Below, one piece after another: positions 9,391-21,065 of a stretch of 64,000 bases of DNA. How positions within the stretch are numbered: the stretch's first letter is position 1; the number at the start of each line of letters is the position of its first letter. The stretch is taken from assembly GCA_030867685.1 (NCBI GenBank), contig JAQOWU010000003.1, positions 434,001-498,000 of the forward strand, written 5' to 3'. Position numbers and translations under genes: made by a program. The notes under the pieces were generated by a model. It was given only the letters and a program-made list of their open reading frames with translations, was not told the origin of the DNA and made no database searches. The DNA is from Wickerhamiella versatilis. Its lineage: Eukaryota.

Positions 9391-11160
9391 TCAAATCAAA
9401 GCACCACTACCATGAGGTGCAAGGAATTGATCAGGTATTTCGTGTGGATAGTGTTCCCGGTATTCGTGATATAATTCAGAGGCACGGTGTATGCTACGTC
9501 TCGACCAACTCTGTGACACTTGAGATGCCGTTTCCGACATTTCATCACCAGCAACAGCATTCTCATATGGTCTTGGATCTTCATCTCCAGGTAGTCTGGC
9601 GGCTGCGGAATGGAAGGAAGGTGCACTTCTGTCATCTGGAATATTATCTCCTGTCTCAGGCTCTTTGATTTCTGACGACTCTTTAACGCTTGCCGCCTTC
9701 CTGTGTGATTTACGTTTATCCACTGAATAGTGCATTATGCACATTATAATGGAAACAACAATTGAGGCCGCGCTCAAACCAAAGGCAAACCACATACAAT
9801 TCTTATGCACCTTTAAGATGTCCCCAGGATGATGTGCAAAAGTGCGCTCTTCCACTGTTCCAGCAAGTCCCATAAGACTTGCTTGACTGTAATTTACTAG
9901 TGCAGACGTCAGGGACCCTGCCATTCCCTGAAGGTCATGAGGAAGCAGATCACTCAGCAAAACAGCAGAGGCTGTCCAGTTCAAGTCACAGCCCCACACA
10001 ATTTCTACCCAGAATCCAAGCGACTGGCGAAAGTATGTTTGATCAACCTTCAGAGTGAGTAGCAATACATCTCCCGCAAAGAAGAAAACCATAGAAATTA
10101 CTTGTATCAAGTGAACTGGAATCCATCTAAGCACATATCCACAGGTCAACGCGGCAACCCCACCAGAGATTATAGCTGGAACGGTGCAGGCACCTGTCTG
10201 GAGGGGGTTGTAGTGGCGCAATTGAAGTACAAACACAAAAAACCTGTAAAAAGCAATGCCGAAAGAACCCCATCCAAGGAAGGTTCCAAGAATAGCCAGC
10301 AGTACCCTTGAGTTCTTTACTACTGCTCCCGGTAGAAGTGGATTACTGGGATAATGCACTTCATACCAAATAAAAAAAGCAAGCTCAACTACCGAAACTA
10401 TCAGCAATACAATAATATATGGGTTATCCCACCCGGCCACAGGTGCTTGGTTAAAAACAAAGCATAATAATACCAGTCCCACTACAGCAAGACCACATCC
10501 TATCCAATCAACCGCAGCCTTTTGATGCTCGAAATGTGGCATAGAATACCAAGTCAATGCAGCAGCTAAAGCAGTGGCAATAGAGTATGCCCAGCAAATC
10601 CAATTCCAATTCGGAGTGAACTCACCGATCAATCCAGACAAAATGGGTCCACAGCACCCCCCAATTGGAGCTGCTACACCAATTAGACCAAATGCCATGA
10701 ATTTGCGTTTGCTCCCGGCAGGGTACACACGACCAGCGGCGCCCAAAACATTTGGAAGCACAAAAGCTAGACCAATTCCTTGAAAGGCACGGGACACGAT
10801 AAAAAAGGTTGGATTTTTTACATAGAAGGCAGCACCGCTCAAAATCCCCCAAATTGTCGTCCATGCAAAGCCAAGCATGACGGTGAGCCGAAGGCCAAAT
10901 ATATCGCCGATACGGCCGCTCATTAGAATCATAGTACCACTGGTTAGGGAAAAGGAGGACATATACCAAGTTCTTTGAGCATCTGTGCTGTCGTAATAGT
11001 CGCTTAGCACGTCCAAAAGAGGTAGTGTATAGTTTGTGCCAAATTGAGTGAACAGCTGCGACATAATACAACTGAACACAAATATGTACTCTTGTGATGG
11101 ATGCTTCGCAAATAGCCGAGGGTCTTGAAACCTTGAGGACCTATCCTTGTGGTCCTTCAT
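9391..11160 (-). CDS. 14-TM MFS drug:H+ antiporter (DHA2; Atr1/Amf1-like)
   Basis: SGRIGDIFG, RAFQGIGLAFVLPN, VDWIG, NQAPVAGWDNPYII, LQGMAGSLTSALVNYS; first ATG (MKDHKD) at 11160. Confidence 0.88.
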   Translation of the reverse strand: MKDHKDRSSRFQDPRLFAKHPSQEYIFVFSCIMSQLFTQFGTNYTLPLLDVLSDYYDSTDAQRTWYMSSFSLTSGTMILMSGRIGDIFGLRLTVMLGFAWTTIWGILSGAAFYVKNPTFFIVSRAFQGIGLAFVLPNVLGAAGRVYPAGSKRKFMAFGLIGVAAPIGGCCGPILSGLIGEFTPNWNWICWAYSIATALAAALTWYSMPHFEHQKAAVDWIGCGLAVVGLVLLCFVFNQAPVAGWDNPYIIVLLIVSVVELAFFIWYEVHYPSNPLLPGAVVKNSRVLLAILGTFLGWGSFGIAFYRFFVFVLQLRHYNPLQTGACTVPAIISGGVAALTCGYVLRWIPVHLIQVISMVFFFAGDVLLLTLKVDQTYFRQSLGFWVEIVWGCDLNWTASAVLLSDLLPHDLQGMAGSLTSALVNYSQASLMGLAGTVEERTFAHHPGDILKVHKNCMWFAFGLSAASIVVSIIMCIMHYSVDKRKSHRKAASVKESSEIKEPETGDNIPDDRSAPSFHSAAARLPGDEDPRPYENAVAGDEMSETASQVSQSWSRRSIHRASELYHEYREHYPHEIPDQFLAPHGSGALI

Positions 11161-13242
11161 TTGCGATTGAAGCTGTCCGCACAAATTGGTCACTTCAAAT
11201 CTCTTACTCACCAGGCGACGAAATGAGTAATAAAATTACACGATTTCTTAGCTATATGATAGGTCATAGGAAGACACGAGATGACGTCATGATCGCTTTG
11301 CGGGGAGAGAATGGACTAAATGATTAGACTTACAGTGCATGGATCTCCACGGAATCTCCACCCTTTTTATTCAGCGTGGAGCGTACTGCTAGGACTGATA
11401 AAGTATTTAATAGCACGAATACCCTCCCAACGTTTTGATATTTTTGTTACTCGCATGCTTTGGTCGTATTATGTGAGATTCTGGGGATGAAAATTGAAGA
11501 TTTCGTGTGGACGGGGCCTCAAGAACTGAATCTCTCGACGAAGAATGCCTTGCCGGATCCTCAACCAGGGTAATCAATACCAAATATCTTCTACATCGAT
11601 ACAACCTCTGGCACGCCATGCAAGTGACCTGCTTGCTGCTACTTAGTACGATAGTATGCGGGTTTGTTGTCGAGCTAGACCCACTCTTGGACAAAATAAA
11701 GCCTATCAGAAGTCTTTCAAAAAGTATGACCGGTTTTATTTGTCCGCCATTTTTGAACAATGTCAAGAAAAGGACCACCGACAATATGATCTTCGAGCCG
11801 ATGCCACAATTCTAGTTATAGTAAAGCCTGATTCCTCGATCAACAGCGCTACGTTTTGTGTTTACTGTTCATTCCTCACTGCCGTGACCGTAATCGCAGT
11901 TTTTTAAATACATCCTGTAGGACATAAGCAACACCTCTAACCGATCTAAACATTTTTGAGCTTTTGAAATGGCCCAAAGTAAACTGGGGGGTATGTAAAA
12001 GACGACTTATATATCTTAAGCGTATCTCGTGAAAGTTTCTTGAGTGATATCTCGACGTGCTTGACATACTTGGCTAGAGAATTGATAATATAAGACTTGA
12101 GCGTTTTATTCCGGCATTTGATAAGGAAGTACTCCATTAACGTTGCTATAGACTAGGAGAAAATCAATTTTAGAGTCGCGTTGCAAGTAAATAATATCAG
12201 CATCACTGCAGTGCATACATCCATGCAAGATCGAGCCAGTACTGAATAATAGACGTGACTCGATAGAGCGAAAAAGCTCAGCTTAAGTGCATTTCTATAG
12301 AAGGCTATTGAAGTCTAATGCTGATGTCAGTTATATTTCATTTTGATGCCAAGACCTATGTCATTATGTCTCGTATTATTAACGAAGAGGTGTGCTTTTT
12401 CATCTCGCCGCTTGACTAGCTTGAGATAGAGCCCTGAAACATGTCAAACAGGCCCTCCTAACTTATTTCATTGTATTTAATCGTTTCAGTGACTCTTCTT
12501 GGAGCCTAGAAAACATCCCAACATCCCAATATGTGTGATCTATGTGTGTTTTGAGTTATTACGCTTACCAGCTATCTGATTGGGAAAATAATAATACATC
12601 AGCCAGTTTCATATGTTAGCATATGTAGACTACTACCAAAATTTTTTTTTCACACATAGCTATACTTTTACTTTGAGTGAGACAAAAAACCACATTGATG
12701 ACTCACCATAAGGGAATGTCTTATCAATAAAAAGAGGGGTTTATGACGCACAGTCACCAAAAATTCCAGCAGTGTTCTTAACCGGTGTCGACTTTAGCAT
12801 AGCTGATAAAAAAATATAAGAGCGCTATAGATCTTGAATAAAATAATGATCAATATTACTCAGTTACACTTCACGGCAAGAATTTTCCCGGTCTCGGGAC
12901 TTTTTGAATCCGGAAAAATACGGGGTCCCAAATTTTACTCCGCGGTCATGCAAGATTACCTAATCACTCCAGATTCAAGACAGGCTAGTAAAATAGAGTA
13001 TTTGTGATTTGCGGAGCTGGAGTAGTATCTGTATATAAGGGAAAAAAATAAATAATTTTTTAACCGTTTTGGGTAGGGCTCAGTTTATAGCAGAGGCGAG
13101 CATCGCTAACCATACGGCGCATGCATGATGACAAGCATGATGACGAGTTGGCTACTAAGCTTATAAAGCATGTTGGTGGGGAATTATAATTATTAAGCTG
13201 GAACTACAGAAAGTATCCTGGAGACCGGGGTACCTTACGCTT

Positions 13243-15018
13243 ATGGATAAACTCAAAGAATTTTTTGCGAAGCGGCTTCAATATGAGCCAGAGACGGCTG
13301 ATCAAAAAGCCGTCATCCGGGAGTTAGCCAGCGTTCAGCAGCATGTTGATGCTATCGGCCATGTCGACGAAGATACGAAAAATGAGAGGCAATATGATGC
13401 ATTTCTGGAGCATGCCGACGATGAAGAGCATCAAGCATCTAGATCTTCCAGTAGATCTTCTCATAGCATCGTTGTTGACGAAAAAAAGGAAGACAAGCCA
13501 GTTACGGAAGATCGTTACGAGTCTAAGGTAGTTCACTCTGGTGACAAGGAGATCATCTATATATCGTTCGGTAAGGACGATCCAGAGGATCCTTATAATT
13601 GGACTAGGGGACGGAAGGCGTTCTGTGTATTCATCATGATGTTTCTTACATTTATCGGTGGTATCGCCGGTGCTTCTCTAAGTGCGGGTACGTCGAGTAT
13701 GACTGAGGAGCTGCACACAAATGCGGAGCTAGCACGCTTTGGCTACACGATATTTATATTTGGCTTCGCAGTTGGCCCACTTGTGACCTCTCCTCTCGCT
13801 GAAGATTACGGCAGGTGGCCATGTTATATGGCAGGAATTTTTGCAATCTTAATTTTTACTGTACCGGTTGGAGCAGGACATCATATTGCTGTTATCATTG
13901 TATTCCGCTTCCTGGGTGGTTTCATTGGCTCGGTAGCGTCCTCCATGATTTCTGGAACTATAGCAGATATTTACTTGCCTAATGATCGCGGTTATCCTAT
14001 GCTTTGGCATACTGCTATTAACTTCCTTGGTAATGTTGCTTCTCCAGTCGCATTTGGATATGTTGGTTGGTTAATGTCTTTCCGTTGGATTTGTTGGATC
14101 CTCATCATGGGTTGTGGACTTACCATGCTTCTCATGTTTCTATTCATGGAGGAGACCCGTGGGCAGGTCATCCTCCAAACTCGTGCGAACAAACTGCAAA
14201 AAGCTCATGGTGGACCTAACAAGGTCTTCTTGGTTCACGGAAAGGCCTATATTCCTATGTATAAGAAACTTTCACGAACGTTGACGAGGCCTATCATATT
14301 TTTGTTTACCGAACCTGTGGTCGGGTTCTTTTCGTTATGGATGGGTTTTACATGGGGTATGATTTATATTAACTTCGCGCTGGTCCCTGCAGTAATGGAG
14401 AATGTTTACGGGATGAATGTTGGTCTAGCAAATATGACAGAGGTTTCGGAAATTGTTGGTATCCTCATAGGTTGTTTATTGGATATCGGCCAGCAATACA
14501 TGTATCAACGTGGCAAGGCGAAGCGTGGTCCAGAAGCGCGTTTGTATTCTTCATGTCTTGGTGGAATTTTGTGCTTTGTGGGCATTCTCATATTTGGTCT
14601 CACACAAAACTATGGTTGGAATGGCCAAACCGATGGTGCCGCGAGTGTTCGTCCTTGGTCAGAATTCGATGGCCACAGGCGTGGAAATGTACATTGGATG
14701 GGCCCCATTTGTGGACTTGCTATACTTCTTATCGGTGTGGTAACAATTTTCCAGGCCATTAGTTTATACTTTGCTGATTGTTATGGTACATATGCCAGCT
14801 CGGCACTGGCCGCACAATCTCTCTTGCGAAATATCTGTGGGTTTGCCTTCCCGCTTTTCACGAATCAAATGTTTGAAGGAATGGGTTATTTGTGGGCTTC
14901 TATTTTGGCAGCTCTGGTTTGCGCAGTACTGGCAATTGTGCCATTCTGGCTACTTATATGGGGCAAATCGTTGCGTGACAAATCTAAGTACACGGTAAGT
15001 GATGACGAACTTATCTGA
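13243..15018 (+). CDS. 12-TM MFS transporter of DHA1 type with an Ffz-like N-terminus
   Basis: DDPEDPYNW, SPLAEDYGR, EETRG, TEPVV, PEARL, YASSALAAQSLLRN; N-terminal QKAVIRELASVQQHVDAIG recalls Ffz fructose facilitators (from memory). Confidence 0.85.
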   Translation: MDKLKEFFAKRLQYEPETADQKAVIRELASVQQHVDAIGHVDEDTKNERQYDAFLEHADDEEHQASRSSSRSSHSIVVDEKKEDKPVTEDRYESKVVHSGDKEIIYISFGKDDPEDPYNWTRGRKAFCVFIMMFLTFIGGIAGASLSAGTSSMTEELHTNAELARFGYTIFIFGFAVGPLVTSPLAEDYGRWPCYMAGIFAILIFTVPVGAGHHIAVIIVFRFLGGFIGSVASSMISGTIADIYLPNDRGYPMLWHTAINFLGNVASPVAFGYVGWLMSFRWICWILIMGCGLTMLLMFLFMEETRGQVILQTRANKLQKAHGGPNKVFLVHGKAYIPMYKKLSRTLTRPIIFLFTEPVVGFFSLWMGFTWGMIYINFALVPAVMENVYGMNVGLANMTEVSEIVGILIGCLLDIGQQYMYQRGKAKRGPEARLYSSCLGGILCFVGILIFGLTQNYGWNGQTDGAASVRPWSEFDGHRRGNVHWMGPICGLAILLIGVVTIFQAISLYFADCYGTYASSALAAQSLLRNICGFAFPLFTNQMFEGMGYLWASILAALVCAVLAIVPFWLLIWGKSLRDKSKYTVSDDELI

Positions 15019-15189
15019 GAATTAGGTTTAGCTTGGACTGTCAAAACTTACATGTCAAAACCTACATACTCTCTATATTTACATAATGGTCAATGTATGC
15101 TTCTAGTCATCATAGTAAATTTGGAATTTCTTTCTTCCTACAGGTTCACTTAATTTCATGTCACGTTAACAATATAAACCCATCTCTAT

Positions 15190-16299
15190 TTAGGCTCCTT
15201 TCATTGGAGGTTCCACCTGAGCTGGAGGGATCCATCTCGAGCCAATCTCGGCCAAAGCCCACCGTTTGAACGGCCACTGTTGAAAAAACTTCCTAGTTTG
15301 CCATACATTCATCTCTTCGTGCACTTTCTTCCAAACATCTGGGTTATAATCATCAAGAACCTCATTACCCCGAACATCAGAATTCTTAGCTTGGCCTCCC
15401 CCCAAGCCATCTAGGTATTCCCACTGGTGGATCAACGGCGGCCACACCGTATATGCCTCAATACGCTGTTTTACAATTTCTTCGCCAATCATTATGTCCA
15501 CGGGACCAGAATTATCAGTAGATGATCGTAAAAGTAGCTTTCGCGCCCCTCTATTGCTAATGGCATACGCACCAGTGCATGCTGGGAAGCCACTATGGCG
15601 AATTACGCGTTCTCCGGGTTTTGTTTTGAAATTAACACCAGCACCGTCCCACTTATAGACAGTGGATGGTGCATTCGGATCACTGTAGACAACATACTGA
15701 TCTGCAAACCACCATCCCTCGAAGCAGGCGCCAAAATATATCATGTCCCATTCGTTGGAACCCCAAGGATCTTCCCAGGATACCTGAGGAGCACGCTCTT
15801 TAGACTTTAGAAGGTCATTCAAAGCCTTTGCAAGATAGATACTTTGGTTTCGAATGTCGACATCGAAAGTCGCATCACCCTCCAACACAAGCATCGTCTC
15901 CACGTCTTGTGTTACCATTCGGCGCCACACATTGGCATGTGACCGCGTGCAGGATGCTTCAGATACCTGGATATCTTGTTTACTGGAGGAGGGGGGAAAG
16001 CCCCTCAGCTTTTCATTCAAGTCCTTGTGATCTACGGCGGTCTCTTCTTTGTAAGTGATACCTACGAGTTTCGACTGGAGAGCCATTGCGTCCTTATGGT
16101 CAAAACGATCAGGCAAGCTAATGAGCGCAATCTCCGAGAAGCCTAGGGACGCATTGCCTGCCATGCTAAAAATATCAGCGTTAGAAGTTTTCATGTTCCC
16201 TGGCCATCGTTCGTGGGAAGAAACGGCAAACACCTGATAAGCAATAAATATGAGCAGAGCAACTAGCAGAAGCAGTATTCGTCGAATAAGTGCCCGCAT
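15190..16299 (-). CDS. Glycosyltransferase family 25, type II membrane protein
   Basis: N-terminal TM, ISLPDRFDHKD, CTRSHANVWRRMV, LVLEGDATFD, WDMIYFGAC, CTGAYAISNRGARKLL, PVD. Confidence 0.85.
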   Translation of the reverse strand: MRALIRRILLLLVALLIFIAYQVFAVSSHERWPGNMKTSNADIFSMAGNASLGFSEIALISLPDRFDHKDAMALQSKLVGITYKEETAVDHKDLNEKLRGFPPSSSKQDIQVSEASCTRSHANVWRRMVTQDVETMLVLEGDATFDVDIRNQSIYLAKALNDLLKSKERAPQVSWEDPWGSNEWDMIYFGACFEGWWFADQYVVYSDPNAPSTVYKWDGAGVNFKTKPGERVIRHSGFPACTGAYAISNRGARKLLLRSSTDNSGPVDIMIGEEIVKQRIEAYTVWPPLIHQWEYLDGLGGGQAKNSDVRGNEVLDDYNPDVWKKVHEEMNVWQTRKFFQQWPFKRWALAEIGSRWIPPAQVEPPMKGA

Positions 16300-17092
16300 C
16301 GTGAAACAGGGAGTTAACTTAGGATCCTAGACGATCGAAAACTCGCTCCTAGGTGCTATGTTCGAACAACTTCTTTCTAACCCCTACCCAGATTAAAAGC
16401 TTCGTCCTCCTGTGCCTCCTGGGCTAAATGAACGCTGTTCTTCCATTGATAAAAGACTCAGAAATATATACTGTCTTATGATATGAATTTAATACATATA
16501 TGCAATCTTGACTTACTCTGCGATAGCTTCGTGAAACTATACTGTCGTTTTTTTATTATAAAGCGTAAGATTCACGTAAACAGACGACACTAAATCCAAT
16601 TAGAGCTCATTTCAATAATTCATATTAGTCCTTTAAGGGACTTAGTTGACTTAACATTTCGAAAAGAGGGAGGTAAATAAACCCAAACCTCAGGATGCAT
16701 ATGGCTGGCTCTATGATCTAAAGATGGAAATGTGACATGGGGTGGCAAGGTAGTTTGTTCTGCATCGGTGGACCATAATGTAATAACATACTAAACAATA
16801 ATTAGGCTTTCTGCTAATTGAATGAAATTAAATCTTTTCCGGGATATTTTTTTTCTTGTGTAGAGGAACAATATTCTCTATATGTATCTTGTTAACGTCG
16901 CATTTACACCTACACCAGTAACGCAGCTCTTACATAAAAATTAGCAGGGGGTCTTGATGGGATCCAGCCGTTCTATCATCGATAGAATGGCGGGTGCATA
17001 TCCAAATAAATATAAAAGCACGTCTGACAGGTGATCAAATCCGCACTGAATTCTAAACTTTGATCTGAACAGAAGTGAACAGAAGAAGCATT

Positions 17093-18073
17093 ATGCAGTT
17101 CCAATCTACCATTCTTGCTTTTCTCGCGGTCAGTTTAGCTACAAGCTGGAGTAACACTACAGTCACCGCTAAGCCCACTGTTTATTTCACAACATATTGT
17201 CCGAGTCCAACAACTTTCACGTATGGGACAGGGACATACACTGTAACGAAGCCTACAACGCTCACCATAGAGGACTGCAGCTGCACCGACAAAGTTGGCT
17301 CATCAGCCGTCAAAACTCATTCAAGCCCTCTTGCTGCCGCCAAGTCGTCTCCAGTGGTCTTAAGCTCGCATCCTCCATCCCAGGCAGCATCATCAGGTAC
17401 CGCTGGAAAGACTGTCACCGAAGAAAAAACTAGCTTCACAACATATTGTCCAAGCCCCACTACTTTCACACATAATTCGAAAACATACACTGTGTCTGCG
17501 GCTACGACATTGACCATAGAAGATTGTGACTGTACCAAGGAACATCCCACCTCAGCTGTGGAGACGGCTTCAAAGTCTCAAACGGTACCTAAGATCGCAT
17601 GGTCGAGTAGACCGGCGGGTAGCCCTTCATCGCTAACCAATGCATCATCAAAGTCTGTTGCTGCAGTGACAGGCTCTCCCTCTGCATCTGAGGCATCAGC
17701 TTCGGGAACTGGTAAGACTGTTACCAAGGATATAACTACATTTACAACGTATTGCCCGAGCCCTACGACATTCACACATAACTCGAAAACCTATACGGTG
17801 ACAGCACCAACCACGGTATCTATTGAAGAGTGCGACTGCACAGAGACCCCAACAGAGAGTTCAGCGATTTCGATGATAACATCTACCAAAGGACCCAAAA
17901 TAACGTCTTCGGTTTCTTCTGAAGTATCTTCTTCATCCACGAGCTCCCCAATCTCCACATCTACTAGCGCTACGCCCTCAGCGTCTACCTCGCTACCGGT
18001 TGCCAATGGTGGAACCACTAACAGGATTACGGCAGTAGCGGTAATTGCTGCAGTAATTTTGCATCTTTTTTAA
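17093..18073 (+). CDS. GPI-anchored cell-wall mannoprotein with three Sed1/Ccw12-type TTYCP repeats
   Basis: Signal peptide, Ser/Thr-rich, 3x [24 protein letters not shown], hydrophobic C-terminal tail after ANG. Confidence 0.9.
   Translation: MQFQSTILAFLAVSLATSWSNTTVTAKPTVYFTTYCPSPTTFTYGTGTYTVTKPTTLTIEDCSCTDKVGSSAVKTHSSPLAAAKSSPVVLSSHPPSQAASSGTAGKTVTEEKTSFTTYCPSPTTFTHNSKTYTVSAATTLTIEDCDCTKEHPTSAVETASKSQTVPKIAWSSRPAGSPSSLTNASSKSVAAVTGSPSASEASASGTGKTVTKDITTFTTYCPSPTTFTHNSKTYTVTAPTTVSIEECDCTETPTESSAISMITSTKGPKITSSVSSEVSSSSTSSPISTSTSATPSASTSLPVANGGTTNRITAVAVIAAVILHLF
17170..17845 (+). repeat. Three intragenic ~110-bp imperfect repeats encoding the TTYCP modules
   Basis: ttcacaacatattgtcc and variants recur near 17186, 17435 and 17741. 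Confidence 0.85.
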
Positions 18074-18365
18074 AAATAGGCCATCCCCTGAAGATTTGAC
18101 GGACGTGAAGAAACGAGAGAATTGCCATTTTCGAAGTACATCTAATCAATTTTTTAGAGCATAGCCACATATATATTAATAGCTGTTTAAGATTAATTAA
18201 ATTTATTGAATTACTCAAAATTTATTATCATTAGCAGTCATGAATTAATTTTGAAATCAGTCAGATTATTTTCGTCAAGTCAATTATGCCAGTGTCCGAT
18301 CTGACAACACAGGTACATGATAAAGAACCCGACCAAACAACATAAGGTATACTGATCGCGGAGTA

Positions 18366-19337
18366 CTAAAGTGTCCAGTAGTAGGAGCCCATTATGATAA
18401 CTGCAAGAGAGCAGCCACCAGCGAGGGTCCCAAAGCCATATATGTATGATTTTGCCAGAGGCAAGGCATGAAGTTCAGCAATAAGCGTGGATACGGTACT
18501 CAGACAACCACAGAAGCCATTAGAAACAGCATACAAAAACTGTTTTTGTAACTGTGTTGTCGATATAGCATCAGTGGTAAATATATCAAACATGGACGCA
18601 AGTGCTGTGCCCAGCATATTTGCAGCAAGAGTACCCCATTTCGCATTGCCTCTATTTAATTGGGATAAATAATAACGCACATATAGCCCTAAGGGTGAGA
18701 AAACTGCAGCCAATGGGTAGTCCCTGTTATTCAGTACGATGGCTAGTACGATCACAGCAATCCAGGAAAGAAGCCCTAGGAGAGCCAAAATTCTCTGATA
18801 CCGCGCTTCAAAAATAGAATCCCGCAAAAATCCAAGAGGAAGTATAGAAACGGTAAAAGCGCCGAGATGGCGACCTGTTTGATAACCACCGCAACATACT
18901 CCTATTTGTATAATTAACTGACCAAAAAGAAGCGGTACACCATAGCCATACGTTGGCCAGCTGGCTTTTGGTTCGGTACAGGTGTGGAAAAGACTAACGA
19001 TGAATGAACTGAAGCTGGTAAGCGTACCACAGAATCCTGTCCCGTGTAGCAAGTGGAGCGTACTACCAAATACAGTCGTAGAGAAAGCCATAATGAAGCA
19101 CCCCGTAAAATTAGGCCAAAGAACACCACCATTTTCAAAATTTGTCAAAGCGATAAGTCCTAGCCGTGCCATAGTACCACATATTGCAAAAAAACTGAAG
19201 GCAAATAGACGTTCGAAGTGGTCGAGAAACTTTAGTGGGTAAGATCGGAATATCCAAATTTTATGTGATGCCGGTTCACTCACTGTCTTCTCTAAAGACA
19301 ATGAGTTTTCTCCCGTGTCTTCATCACCTCCACTCAT
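18366..19337 (-). CDS. FEX1: Fluoride export channel, tandem two-domain Fluc/CrcB type
   Basis: GTMARLGL, NFTGCFIM, GFCGTLTSFSSF; second domain GTLAANMLG, GFCGCLSTVSTL; first ATG at 19337. Confidence 0.9.
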   Translation of the reverse strand: MSGGDEDTGENSLSLEKTVSEPASHKIWIFRSYPLKFLDHFERLFAFSFFAICGTMARLGLIALTNFENGGVLWPNFTGCFIMAFSTTVFGSTLHLLHGTGFCGTLTSFSSFIVSLFHTCTEPKASWPTYGYGVPLLFGQLIIQIGVCCGGYQTGRHLGAFTVSILPLGFLRDSIFEARYQRILALLGLLSWIAVIVLAIVLNNRDYPLAAVFSPLGLYVRYYLSQLNRGNAKWGTLAANMLGTALASMFDIFTTDAISTTQLQKQFLYAVSNGFCGCLSTVSTLIAELHALPLAKSYIYGFGTLAGGCSLAVIIMGSYYWTL

Positions 19338-19609
19338 TGACACTATAGTGTCCTCCTCTTTCAAGAAAACCGATTATATAATAACATGACTGGAAATGTT
19401 TAAATCCACATTCAAGAAACTCCGTACGTCGATAACAGAGCTGCTAAAAGCGATCCATATATATATACCATGCTGGATCAAAAAGAGATTATAACGCAAA
19501 ACTCCCGGTTTACGGCATAAACATAATGTGGATTTAGATGTCTAGATAACAGCCGGTCACATTACTCATTGATGACAATAAAGTTTATCTAGTAAATATA
19601 GAGCGATGT

Positions 19610-20803
19610 CTAGGTGCTTGGGCGGCCATGCCATTCCCGTTCCTCAGGTAGACTGGTAATACCTCGGGCCACCACTTCTACATTTCCCCAGACTCTTAAA
19701 ATATTTCCGCCCATGAGCCCAGCTAGCTGTTTGTCAGTGGCCCCACGTTTCATTAGAAGTTTGACCAATTCAGGGTACTTAGAAACATCTTCCAGACCCA
19801 CAGGTCCAGAAGGGATTCCATCAAAATCTGAACCAAGACCAACACAGTCCCATCCGGCAATGTGTGCAATATGTTCTACATGGTCAGCAACATCTTCAAT
19901 AGTTGCCATGTTATCAGCATCTCCCTGTCTGATGAACTCCGGGAAGAAATTGACTTGGACGACCCCACCATTTTTCGCAACACGAACAAGAACGTCATCC
20001 GGGACATTTCTAGGGTGCGGTGTTAGTGAGAACGCAGACGAATGACTGAATATAACAGGAGCCTCTGTAATGTCTAGCACGTCATGCATCGTTTGCTTGC
20101 TCACATGAGATAAATCCACCATCAATCCAAGTCTATTCATTTCCTTAACAGCGCGAGCCCCAGCACTTGTCAGTCCGTTATCCACTGCTCCATTAGCTAC
20201 ATTAGTGGCTGCTGTGGCGAACGGGTTATTGCAGTTGTGAGTCAAGGTGACGTACCTCACGCCAAGCTCATGAAGAGCTCTTAGCATTGCTATAGAGGAG
20301 TCCACCATATGAAGACCTTCTACTCCCATCATAGAGGCTATTTTAGCTTGAGAAAAGACTGATCTTGCCTCATCAGGTGTATAGGACATTTGAAATACAT
20401 CAGGATAAAACCCAGCCAACCTCTTCACAACGTCGATCTGCTCTAGTGTATCTCGCACAATAGTAGACGGGCGGTTTATCTCATCCAGAGTACTTCCATC
20501 GTTTTTGCAATCAAGATAGATACTCCAAAATTGGGCGCCGACTCCACCTTGCCGCAGCCGTGGGATGTCAGTCTGGGTATCCAAACCTGTTTCAATTGGG
20601 AGATCTGACTTATTATAAAGCTCGTTATGCCAAATATATCTGAAAAGCATGGGCAGATCATTGTGTGTATCTATTATTGGCTGAGCATCTAGGAGATATT
20701 TCATTCTCTCCTCATAGTCAGCCAAAGCATTGTTTTTCAACGGCTGCTGAAGAGCACTGACTATTTCCATAATCTCAATAGCAAGCACTATTATAATATT
20801 CAT
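19610..20803 (-). CDS. Membrane (renal-type) dipeptidase, peptidase family M19, with predicted signal sequence
   Basis: IDTHNDLP, TDIPRLRQGGVGAQFWS, GVEGLH, YVTLTHNCNN, VDLSHVS, FSHSSA, RNVPDDVL, GSDFDG. Confidence 0.93.
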   Translation of the reverse strand: MNIIIVLAIEIMEIVSALQQPLKNNALADYEERMKYLLDAQPIIDTHNDLPMLFRYIWHNELYNKSDLPIETGLDTQTDIPRLRQGGVGAQFWSIYLDCKNDGSTLDEINRPSTIVRDTLEQIDVVKRLAGFYPDVFQMSYTPDEARSVFSQAKIASMMGVEGLHMVDSSIAMLRALHELGVRYVTLTHNCNNPFATAATNVANGAVDNGLTSAGARAVKEMNRLGLMVDLSHVSKQTMHDVLDITEAPVIFSHSSAFSLTPHPRNVPDDVLVRVAKNGGVVQVNFFPEFIRQGDADNMATIEDVADHVEHIAHIAGWDCVGLGSDFDGIPSGPVGLEDVSKYPELVKLLMKRGATDKQLAGLMGGNILRVWGNVEVVARGITSLPEEREWHGRPST

Positions 20804-21065
20804 TCTGAGCAAACTTATCAAGAAATTTCGGCTGCTATCGAACTTTTTGACTCAACACAAGGAACCGATTCACTTTGTTGTTAGTAAGCACAATAGATAG
20901 CTATAAGAATTGTCAATGGATGATAATACCTTTTCTAACCGGGTTTGATTCCAAAACTTGCGAGTGAGGGTAAAAATCCGTGATTTCCATTATGACGGCC
21001 AAAGCCACTATTGTCATGACGATATATTTGCATAAAACGGAACAGACTAATCCAGTAAAAAAAAG

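Noticed and set aside
13122-13144. Direct repeat GCATGATGAC twice as a snoRNA C box
   Set aside because: No downstream CTGA D box before the CDS; probably a short promoter duplication
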